This document shows, one piece after another, positions 46,912 to 55,205 of a stretch of DNA of 64,000 nt; within the stretch, counting starts at the first letter, position 1; the number at the start of each line of letters is the position of its first letter. The notes beneath the pieces are model-generated. The model saw nothing but the letters and a program-made list of their open reading frames with translations, searched no databases and had not been told where the DNA came from. The position numbers and the translations under genes are program-made. Source of the DNA: Gammaproteobacteria bacterium (GTDB lineage: Bacteria > Pseudomonadota > Gammaproteobacteria > JAJFKG01); assembly GCA_021773335.1 (NCBI GenBank), contig JAJFKG010000032.1, forward strand, positions 13,506-77,505, given 5' to 3'.

Positions 46912-47075
46912 TTCAATCCTGGTACCACCGCCCAAAGTCAAATCCTGGTACCACCGCCCAAAGTCAAATCCTGGTACCACTGCTCAAAATCAAATCCTGG
47001 TACCACTGCTCAAAGTCAAATCCTGGTACCACTGCTCAAAATCAAATCCTGGTACCACTGCTCTGCGGTGGTACC
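46912..47075. repeat. Tandem array of six 26 bp units (CAAATCCTGGTACCACYGCYCAAARt) ending in a full family-C hairpin
   Basis: GGTACC recurs at 46921, 46947, 46973, 46999, 47025 and 47051, an exact 26 bp period. The terminal hairpin is GGTACCACTGCTCTGCGGTGGTACC at 47051-47075. This is the reverse complement of the 26.1 kb array. Confidence 0.9.
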
Positions 47076-47085
47076 TTAGTGGTTG

Positions 47086-47182
47086 TGAACGCTTCGCGTT
47101 CACACTTTGACGAACGCACAGCGTTCGGTATTAAACGTCCCACCCCACAGGGGTAGGACGAGACCCAAGGATAGGACGAGAC
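47086..47182. repeat. Two family-D hairpins followed by a family-B repeat
   Basis: GTGAACGCTTCGCGTTCAC, CGAACGCACAGCGTTCG and CGTCCCACCCCACAGGGGTAGGACGAGACCCAAGGATAGGACGAGAC. Confidence 0.75.
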
Positions 47183-47332
47183 CGATTATGGGGAACGCTA
47201 TGAGCCCAGAGGGGTGCGGCGAGGCCTAGCGAGGCTACACTGAGGATGCTGTGAGTGGTGGTATGCCATTTTCTTTGTTATTATCGCTCGGTTTTCAAGG
47301 GCTTAATGTCCAAACTAAGGTGATTCATCAAT

Positions 47333-48583
47333 ATGTTCAAACCGCTGTCGCTCTATATCGGCTTGCGCTATACACGCGCCAAGCGACGCAATCACTTTAT
47401 TTCTTTTATCGCTTTAAGTTCGATGCTGGGTATTGCCATTGGTGTGGCCGTATTGATCACGGTGTTATCGGTCATGAATGGCTTCGACCAACAAATCCGT
47501 GAGCGCGTGTTTAGTCTTGCGCGCCAGGTGACGGTCAGCAACTTTCATCGGCAAATCCATGATTGGCAAAAGATGGAGCATCTGCTTAGTCAGCAACCGG
47601 GTGTGGCTGCGGCGGAACCTTATGCCAGTGCGCAGGGCATGGTCGCCAGTGGTGGCTTGGTGCATCCGACGGTGGTCAGTGGTATCAAGCCCGAATACGA
47701 AGCGAAGATTTCTAAATTGCCGCAACTGATGATTGCGGGTTCATTGAAAAAATTGACACCGGGTGCGTTTAACATTGTTCTCGGCAAAGAATTAGCGAAC
47801 CAACTCGGTGTGTATATTGGCGATAAGGTCACCTTAGTCTTACCCGAGGCGAGCTTGACACCGGCGGGTGTAATACCGCGTTTTAAACGTTTTACGGTCG
47901 CCGGCATTTTCGATGCCGGTAGCGGTTTTGGCTTTGATAGCCTGTGGACATTTATCAACTTAACCGATGCGCAAAAGCTCTTTAAACTCGGCAATGCCGT
48001 TTCCGGTTTTTGGTTGCGTGTTGATAATGTCTATGCGGCGCCGCGTATGTCGGTGCAAATCATCGATAAATTACCGCGTGATTATACGATCTCCGATTGG
48101 TCACAAGAGTATGGGGCGTTTTTCCAAGCTATCAGTATGGAAAAGACTATGATGGCCTTGATCCTATTGTTGTTGATTGCGATTGCGACCTTTAATTTGG
48201 TGTCGAGCTTGGTTATGGTCGTTAACGATAAACGCTCGGATATCGCAATTTTACGCACCTTTGGAGCAACGCCACGCACCATTATGGGCATCTTTATTGT
48301 GCAAGGCTCAGTGATTGGTTTTATTGGTACCTTGCTTGGCGTGCTCGGTGGTCTTGCTTTAGCCTTGAATGTGACGGCCCTAGTCGCGTGGTTAGAACAC
48401 GTGACCAATATTCAATTCATTTCATCAAATGTGTATTTTGTGAATTATCTACCATCGAAAATAGAAGCGAGTGATGTCATCAAGATATGTATTGCCGCAT
48501 TGGTGATGAGTCTGCTCGCGACATTGTATCCGGCCTGGCGTGCCTCACGTACGCAACCCGCGGAGGCCTTACGTTATGAATGA
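47333..48583 (+). CDS. lolC: Lipoprotein-releasing system permease LolC/LolE
   Basis: 416 aa. LYIGLRYTRAKRRNHFISFIALSSMLGIAIGVAVLITVLSVMNGF is a typical LolC/E N-terminus, with a C-terminal FtsX-type domain. Confidence 0.85.
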   Translation: MFKPLSLYIGLRYTRAKRRNHFISFIALSSMLGIAIGVAVLITVLSVMNGFDQQIRERVFSLARQVTVSNFHRQIHDWQKMEHLLSQQPGVAAAEPYASAQGMVASGGLVHPTVVSGIKPEYEAKISKLPQLMIAGSLKKLTPGAFNIVLGKELANQLGVYIGDKVTLVLPEASLTPAGVIPRFKRFTVAGIFDAGSGFGFDSLWTFINLTDAQKLFKLGNAVSGFWLRVDNVYAAPRMSVQIIDKLPRDYTISDWSQEYGAFFQAISMEKTMMALILLLLIAIATFNLVSSLVMVVNDKRSDIAILRTFGATPRTIMGIFIVQGSVIGFIGTLLGVLGGLALALNVTALVAWLEHVTNIQFISSNVYFVNYLPSKIEASDVIKICIAALVMSLLATLYPAWRASRTQPAEALRYE

Positions 48584-49277
48584 TCGACGTATTGTGCTTG
48601 AATGCAAAGGCTTGAGTCGTTCCTTTGGTAGCGGCAAGTTAAAGATCAATGTCTTAAACGAATTAAACTTGGCGATCTATCATGGTGAGCGTGTTGCTAT
48701 TGTTGGCAGCTCAGGGTCGGGTAAGACAACCTTGCTGCATTTGTTAGGTGGCTTGGATAAACCCAATACCGGCCAAGTGTTGCTGATGGGGGATGATTTG
48801 GCAAAAGTACGTGAGAAACAGCGTTGTCGGATCCGCAATACTAAGCTGGGCTTTGTTTATCAATTTCATCATTTGTTGCCGGAGTTTACCGCACTCGAAA
48901 ATGTTTGCATGCCTTTATTGATTGGGCGTATGCCGGCGAAAGTCGCCAAAGTGAAAGCGGCTTCTATTCTCGATAAAGTGGGATTGGCGCAACGCCACCA
49001 GCATCGCATCGGTGAATTGTCCGGCGGTGAACGTCAACGTGTCGCCATTGCCCGCGCCTTAGTAACAGATCCTTTGTGTGTGCTAGCTGATGAACCTACT
49101 GGTAATCTTGACAAACACACCGCGGAAAGTGTGTATGAGACAATGTTACAACTCAATGAAGAATTACAGACCGCCTTTATCGTAGTCACCCATGACCATG
49201 AACTTGCCGCGAAGATGCAACGCGTATTTACCATCGAAGATGGGCATTTGGCGCATGTTGAGCGGCAGGATATTTGA
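48576..49277 (+). CDS. lolD: Lipoprotein-releasing system ATP-binding protein LolD
   Basis: Walker A GSSGSGKTTL, signature LSGGERQRVAIARAL and Walker B LADEPTGNLD. An ATGAATGA overlap joins it to lolC. Confidence 0.9.
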   Translation: MNDRRIVLECKGLSRSFGSGKLKINVLNELNLAIYHGERVAIVGSSGSGKTTLLHLLGGLDKPNTGQVLLMGDDLAKVREKQRCRIRNTKLGFVYQFHHLLPEFTALENVCMPLLIGRMPAKVAKVKAASILDKVGLAQRHQHRIGELSGGERQRVAIARALVTDPLCVLADEPTGNLDKHTAESVYETMLQLNEELQTAFIVVTHDHELAAKMQRVFTIEDGHLAHVERQDI

Positions 49278-49333
49278 CGTATAACGACTTACCAATATTG
49301 TCGAACGGTGCTTATCAAGGTGTTGACGACGCT

Positions 49334-49852
49334 TTATTTAGCTCGCCGCAATTGGCGGGCACGCCAGTGGCTGATGATACGATAGCGCCAGAATAGGCGT
49401 ATAATAAGATAACCCAAACCTGCGCTGGTGATGGCACACACCAGAGAACCTAATAACAACGGTGGCCATATGTTTGCAATACGCTCTAATACCCACGCAA
49501 AAGAGATACCGCCATTCGGTGGTGCTGCAGGCACTTGTAAGATAAGCGTACCAACTTTATAAGCGAAGTAAAACATCGCGGGCATGGTGAAGGGGTTAGA
49601 AATCCACACCAGTGCAACGGATAGTGGCAGATTAGCGCGCCCAATTATAGCCAAACCCGCGGCGACGATCATTTGAAAAGGTAGCGGTAAGAACATAGTG
49701 AAAAAGCCAATGGCAAAAGCGCGTGAGACAGAATAACGATTAAGGTGCCATAGATTAGGATCATGAATTAATTTGCCAAACAAACGTAAATGTTTGTGGT
49801 TTTTAACATGATGCGCATGTGGCATAAAGCGTTTTAATAAACGTTTTGGCAT
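49334..49852 (-). CDS. DUF2062 domain membrane protein
   Basis: 172 aa with HDPNLWHLNRYSVSRAFAIGFFTMFLPLPFQM, which resembles DUF2062 proteins commonly found next to comEC. Confidence 0.6.
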   Translation of the reverse strand: MPKRLLKRFMPHAHHVKNHKHLRLFGKLIHDPNLWHLNRYSVSRAFAIGFFTMFLPLPFQMIVAAGLAIIGRANLPLSVALVWISNPFTMPAMFYFAYKVGTLILQVPAAPPNGGISFAWVLERIANIWPPLLLGSLVCAITSAGLGYLIIRLFWRYRIISHWRARQLRRAK

Positions 49853-49964
49853 TTGAAATCCTTGTTATCGCCATTTAGTTATATGTTAGTATGCGGTGCA
49901 AGCGCGAGCAGGTAGCACGCGTAGCATTAAAATGATAACAATAATAAAAATATAGTTTAATAAA

Positions 49965-52322
49965 ATGTCCTTTACTATATGGCATGCTGCCCTGAGCTTT
50001 TTGTTGGGCAACCTATGTGCAACCCTGATAAAACATTTACCTTATTTAGGCAACATTCTCGTGCTTATGGGGTTGGCCACCTGTCTCTTATTCATTGCGC
50101 CGATAACTGTGCGAATCGTGGCACGAAAAAGCAAGCACGGCAAGCTTATTGTTATCACACAATGTCTCGCGACCGCATGTCTTGGTTTTGCATGGCCATT
50201 GTTATTTGCCTGGCCAATCTTAGATAAACAATTGCCGACGACATTGATCGGCAAAGACATTACCGTGCAAGGTCAAATCGTTTCAATCCCGCAAGTGACT
50301 GTCACCGAGCAGCAAGCCCAAACCCGTTTCCAATTTTATATCCCCACGCTTAAACAACGTGTGTTACTAAATTGGTATCAAGCACCAGCAACGTTGCAGG
50401 TCGGTGATAACTGGCAATTACACCTGCGCTTGAAACCGGCGCGTGGTTTTATGAATCCTGGTGGCTTTGATTATGAGCGTTGGTTATTACAACACGCCCT
50501 ACAAACCAAAGGCTATGTGCGCAATAGTCAGGCAAACCAGTTACTCGTATCACCTTGGTATCAACAGCCATTAGCGCGTGTACGTGAATATATGCAAACA
50601 AGATTAAGCCAAGCCGCTAATCAAGCGCGATTCTTGGGTTTAATTCAAGCGTTAGTAATTGGTGAACGCAGCGCCATGACAACAAGCCAATGGCATGTGT
50701 TACAAGCTACGGGAACGACCCATTTGATGTCGATTTCGGGGTTACATATTGGTTTAGTGGCAAGCGCTGTATTTTTCCTGATGGCCTTATTATGGCGGCG
50801 TAGTGAGTATTTGTTGCTGCGTTTGCCCGCGCAGCGCGCGGCGTTAATGGCCGCTTGTATTGCCGCATTATTCTATAGTGCCTTGGCAGGGTTTGCGCTG
50901 CCGACGCAACGGGCGTTGATAATGCTTGCTGTGTTTACTTGGGCTGCCTTACGTTACCGCCATACGTCATTATGGCAAGGTTGGGCGACATCTTTATTGC
51001 TTGTGCTAATTGTCGATCCTTTTGCGAGTTTGGCCAGTGGATTTTGGTTATCTTTTGCTGCAGTTGCGGTATTGATTTATGGCTTAAGTGGACGTATACA
51101 TACATCACCGTGGTGGCAGCGCTGGGGCAGGGCGCAATGGGTGGTGACTATCGGTTTATTCCCGTTGACGCTGTTATTTTTTCAGCGTAGTTCATTGGTC
51201 GCCTTAGTTGCCAATATTATTGCGATACCGTGGGTGGGTTTTGTGGTTGTGCCCTTGAGTTTGTTAGCCGGTATTGCCAGTCTATTGCCATTATCATTGC
51301 AATGCTTAACCCATGCCTTATTATCATTAGCCAATATTGGCTTAGCCGTAGTGTGGCCGGTATTACAGTATATGAGTCAATTGCCTGGTGCGCAGTGGCA
51401 TATGGCGCTGGTATCGCCGTGGCAATTTGCAGTGGTTGCAATTGGGGTAGTGTGGTTATTAGCGCCGCGCGGCTTTCCTCATCGTTCTCTGGCTGTCATC
51501 TGTTTTTTGCCCTTAGTCTATATGCAGGTGCCACGACCGCCATACGGTCAAGCTTGGCTGAGTGTGTTGGATGTTGGCCAAGGTTTGGCGTCGGTGGTGG
51601 TAACACAGCACCATGTCTTAGTTTACGATGCGGGGCCGCGTTACAGTGCGCGCTTTGATACGGGTGATGCCGTGGTCGCACCTTATTTACGTCACCTCGG
51701 GATAAAACGTATCAACACGTTAATGATCAGTCATGGTGACAATGATCATATCGGTGGCGCATTTTCGTTGTTACAGCAATTTCCAGTAACGAATATTCTC
51801 ACCAGCGTGCCAGAACGTTTTACCGGCTTACAGGCACAAACCTGCCGGGCTGGCCAGCATTGGCAATGGGATGGGGTTAAATTCGTGGTGTTATTCCCGC
51901 CGGCAACTTGGCAGCGCAGCGGCAATGACAGTTCGTGCGTATTGCGTGTCGTGATTGGTCACCAATCGCTTTTATTACCAGGTGACATTGAAAAGAAAAG
52001 CGAACATTATTTGCTCACACATCAAGCTGCTGCGTTAGCGTCAGGGGTTGTAGTGGTCCCTCATCATGGCAGTAAGACTTCATCTACGCCGCGCTTTGTC
52101 TATGCGGTACATCCAAAATATGCTTTATTTTCATTTGGTTATCGAAACCGCTATGGCTTACCTAAGAGCGAAATCGTGGCGCATTATCGGGCTTTGGGCG
52201 CACGAGTATTGTTCTCACCAGCGTGCGGTGCTATGTTGTTCAAACTTAATGGCACTAGCCAGGCTTTACAACCAATCTGTTACCGTCAGTTAGCTGGACA
52301 TTATTGGAACTATCCTGCATAA
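49965..52322 (+). CDS. comEC: DNA internalization-related competence protein ComEC/Rec2 (with metallo-beta-lactamase domain)
   Basis: 785 aa polytopic protein with GTTHLMSISGLHIG and C-terminal SHGDNDHIGG and PHHGSKTSS. Confidence 0.85.
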   Translation: MSFTIWHAALSFLLGNLCATLIKHLPYLGNILVLMGLATCLLFIAPITVRIVARKSKHGKLIVITQCLATACLGFAWPLLFAWPILDKQLPTTLIGKDITVQGQIVSIPQVTVTEQQAQTRFQFYIPTLKQRVLLNWYQAPATLQVGDNWQLHLRLKPARGFMNPGGFDYERWLLQHALQTKGYVRNSQANQLLVSPWYQQPLARVREYMQTRLSQAANQARFLGLIQALVIGERSAMTTSQWHVLQATGTTHLMSISGLHIGLVASAVFFLMALLWRRSEYLLLRLPAQRAALMAACIAALFYSALAGFALPTQRALIMLAVFTWAALRYRHTSLWQGWATSLLLVLIVDPFASLASGFWLSFAAVAVLIYGLSGRIHTSPWWQRWGRAQWVVTIGLFPLTLLFFQRSSLVALVANIIAIPWVGFVVVPLSLLAGIASLLPLSLQCLTHALLSLANIGLAVVWPVLQYMSQLPGAQWHMALVSPWQFAVVAIGVVWLLAPRGFPHRSLAVICFLPLVYMQVPRPPYGQAWLSVLDVGQGLASVVVTQHHVLVYDAGPRYSARFDTGDAVVAPYLRHLGIKRINTLMISHGDNDHIGGAFSLLQQFPVTNILTSVPERFTGLQAQTCRAGQHWQWDGVKFVVLFPPATWQRSGNDSSCVLRVVIGHQSLLLPGDIEKKSEHYLLTHQAAALASGVVVVPHHGSKTSSTPRFVYAVHPKYALFSFGYRNRYGLPKSEIVAHYRALGARVLFSPACGAMLFKLNGTSQALQPICYRQLAGHYWNYPA

Positions 52323-52369
52323 TTTCGCGGATTTACAATAGCATACGTTCGCAAAGGACTTATTCATTA

Positions 52370-54202
52370 ATGACTAAACAAAAATCGGCTGAACAAAAAT
52401 CTAGGGCTATCGCCATCTATAAGCGCCTATTAGGCTATGTGCGCCCTTATTGGGGAATTCTACTCATCGGTGTGATTGGCACAATGTTGGGATCATTGGT
52501 TGATTCGGCGTTTGTGTGGGCCTTAAAGCCAATTTTAGATAATGGTTTTATGGGCCAAGATCCTTTGTTTATCCAAATGCTGCCTTTCTTGGTAATAGTC
52601 GCCTTTATCGTGCGCGGTAGCGCTGGTTTTGCGTCATCGTTTTGTTTAAGTTATGTAGGCCGTAAGATTGTCATGATTTTCCGCCAAGCGATCTTTAGCA
52701 AATATGTTTATATGCCGACTAATTTTTATGACCAAAACAGTTCTGGCGAATTATTATCAAAGATTATTTTTAACGTCGAACAAGTCACCAAAGCCAGTAC
52801 CACCGTGCTGGTATCATTAGTACGTGAGGGCTTCTTAGTGCTTGGTTTGCTCGGGGTGATGTTTATCGCCAGTTGGAAATTATCGCTATTGATGATGTTG
52901 GTTGGCCCGGGTGTGTATGTGGTGATTCGGGTGACGAGCAAGCGTTTACGCCGCTTAAGTCGCAATGTACAAAACCTGATGGGTGGAGTGACGCATGTGG
53001 CGGAAGAAGCCATCGAAGGCCATAAGGTGGTAAAAGCGTTTGGCGGTCAAGCGTACGAAGTCAACAAATTTAACCAAGTGACAGAACAAAATTTCCGGCG
53101 TGAAATTAAAATCAATATGACCAGTGCCTTAAGTACACCGATTGTGCAAATGATTTTGGCCTGTATCTTGGCAGTGGTGTTGTATCTAGCGACCAAACAT
53201 ACCAAAGGTTCTATTGCTGGCGGGATCACACCAGGGACTTATGCTTCGATGATTGCGGCGATGCTGGCCTTATTAAAGCCCGTCAAGACGCTCACTAAAA
53301 TCAATGGCGCGATCCAAAATGGTATCGCCGGTGCTGAAAGCGTGTTTGCCATTATCGACCAAGATGTGGAAGTCGATCATGGCAGCAAAGAAATTCCACG
53401 CGCTGCGGGTGCGATTGAATATCGTAATGTTGGATTTACTTATACTTCGAGCAAAAAAACTATCTTACATGATATCAATCTCAAGATTGAACCCGGCGAG
53501 ACAGTTGCTTTAGTTGGACGCTCCGGTGCGGGCAAATCGACTTTAGTGAGCATTTTGCCGCGTTTTTATGATGAATACACAGGCAGCATTACCATCGATG
53601 GACACGATATCGGTAGTTTGACACTGCAAAACTTACGCCGCCAAATTTCTTTAGTCACTCAACATGTCACGTTATTTAATGATACCATCCGCGCCAATAT
53701 CGCTTATGGTCAATCTAATGATATTGATGACCAGCGTATTATTGACGCAGCTAAAGCCGCACATGCAATGGAATTTATTGCGCAAATGGAACAGGGTTTA
53801 GATACCATGATTGGCGAAAATGGCGTGCTATTATCGGGTGGACAACGCCAGCGTTTGGCGATTACACGAGCCTTATTAAAAGATGCCCCCATCTTAATCT
53901 TAGATGAAGCCACTTCATCTTTGGATACGGAGTCTGAGCGCCATATTCAAGCTGCGCTAGAAGAATTGATGCGTAACCGTACTACTTTAGTCATTGCGCA
54001 TCGCTTATCGACCATTGAAAATGCTGACCGTATTGTTGTCTTAGATAAAGGGCATATTGTTGAAGTTGGCACTCACCAAGAGTTATTAGTAAAAAATCAC
54101 CATTATGCTCGTCTGCACCGCATGCAATTCACTGACGGCAACAAAACCGAAGGATTAGGCATTGAAGAAGCTGGAGATGTATCTGAATCAGCTCTGGTAT
54201 GA
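52370..54202 (+). CDS. msbA: Lipid A export ATP-binding/permease protein MsbA
   Basis: ABC exporter fold with Walker A GRSGAGKST, LSGGQRQRLAITRAL and ILDEATSSLD, in synteny with lpxK. The start was placed at the ATG at 52370. Confidence 0.85.
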   Translation: MTKQKSAEQKSRAIAIYKRLLGYVRPYWGILLIGVIGTMLGSLVDSAFVWALKPILDNGFMGQDPLFIQMLPFLVIVAFIVRGSAGFASSFCLSYVGRKIVMIFRQAIFSKYVYMPTNFYDQNSSGELLSKIIFNVEQVTKASTTVLVSLVREGFLVLGLLGVMFIASWKLSLLMMLVGPGVYVVIRVTSKRLRRLSRNVQNLMGGVTHVAEEAIEGHKVVKAFGGQAYEVNKFNQVTEQNFRREIKINMTSALSTPIVQMILACILAVVLYLATKHTKGSIAGGITPGTYASMIAAMLALLKPVKTLTKINGAIQNGIAGAESVFAIIDQDVEVDHGSKEIPRAAGAIEYRNVGFTYTSSKKTILHDINLKIEPGETVALVGRSGAGKSTLVSILPRFYDEYTGSITIDGHDIGSLTLQNLRRQISLVTQHVTLFNDTIRANIAYGQSNDIDDQRIIDAAKAAHAMEFIAQMEQGLDTMIGENGVLLSGGQRQRLAITRALLKDAPILILDEATSSLDTESERHIQAALEELMRNRTTLVIAHRLSTIENADRIVVLDKGHIVEVGTHQELLVKNHHYARLHRMQFTDGNKTEGLGIEEAGDVSESALV

Positions 54203-55145
54203 GCGTGATCCCAAATACCTTATTCCTTTCACTTGGCCTTACCGTGCAGTGGTCGCGGCACGGCGTTGGTCTTATCAGCTGGGTTGGTTGCCTATAACCC
54301 ATTTTGATATACCGGTGATCGTCGTCGGCAATGTCACGGTAGGTGGTTGTGGAAAAACCCCGTTGGTCTTGTGGTTAGTCGAATTTTTAAAATCCCAAGG
54401 TTATACCCCCGGCATCGTGAGCCGCGGTTATGGTGGTAAGCCAGGCGCCATTCCCGTATTAGTGACGCCTGATAGCACCGCTCAAGTAGTGGGTGATGAA
54501 GCATTGGTCTATGCGCGCAATAGTGATTGTCCTTTGTATATTTGCCCTGATCGTGTCGCTGCTGTTGATGCCTTGTTGGCAGAACCAGTGTGTGATGTTG
54601 TTATTAGTGATGATGGTTTACAACACTATGCTTTAGAACGTGATATTGAAATCTTAGTTATCGATGGTGAACGACGCTTTGGTAATGGCTATTGTTTGCC
54701 GATTGGACCTTTGCGTGAGCCACTTAAGGATGTAGAGGATGTCGACTTTCGCGTCTGTAATGGCCTAGGGCAGGGTGATGAATACAGTATGCGCGTGGTG
54801 CCTGACCATGTGCGCGATATTAATGATCCTAAGCGTATGCGTAGTTTGGATAGCCTAAAAGAGCAAACGGTGCACGCAGTAACGGGTATTGGTAATCCGC
54901 GACGTTTTTTTACCATGCTGGCCGAGCAGGGCATGAATGTCATTGAGCATGCTTTTCCGGATCATCACCAGTTTGTTGCCAACGAGCTTGATTTTGGTAA
55001 AGACGCGGTGGTACTCATGACAGAAAAAGATGCGGTCAAGTGCCGTGAGTTTGTCACGCCTAATCATTGGTATGTCCCTATTCATGTTGAACTCAGTGAA
55101 ACCTTTGCGCATAAGCTGTTACGCTTGTTGCGTAGTTGTCGGTGA
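54177..55145 (+). CDS. lpxK: Tetraacyldisaccharide 4'-kinase LpxK
   Basis: VIVVGNVTVGGCGKTP P-loop and SRGYGG. It overlaps the msbA 3' end. An alternative TTG start lies at 54162. Confidence 0.9.
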   Translation: MYLNQLWYERDPKYLIPFTWPYRAVVAARRWSYQLGWLPITHFDIPVIVVGNVTVGGCGKTPLVLWLVEFLKSQGYTPGIVSRGYGGKPGAIPVLVTPDSTAQVVGDEALVYARNSDCPLYICPDRVAAVDALLAEPVCDVVISDDGLQHYALERDIEILVIDGERRFGNGYCLPIGPLREPLKDVEDVDFRVCNGLGQGDEYSMRVVPDHVRDINDPKRMRSLDSLKEQTVHAVTGIGNPRRFFTMLAEQGMNVIEHAFPDHHQFVANELDFGKDAVVLMTEKDAVKCREFVTPNHWYVPIHVELSETFAHKLLRLLRSCR

Positions 55146-55205
55146 TTCAGCTTATTGTTGCCTCAGAAGTTCGGTAGCCCAGAGGGCACGCCCATTCCTG
55201 ATGAC

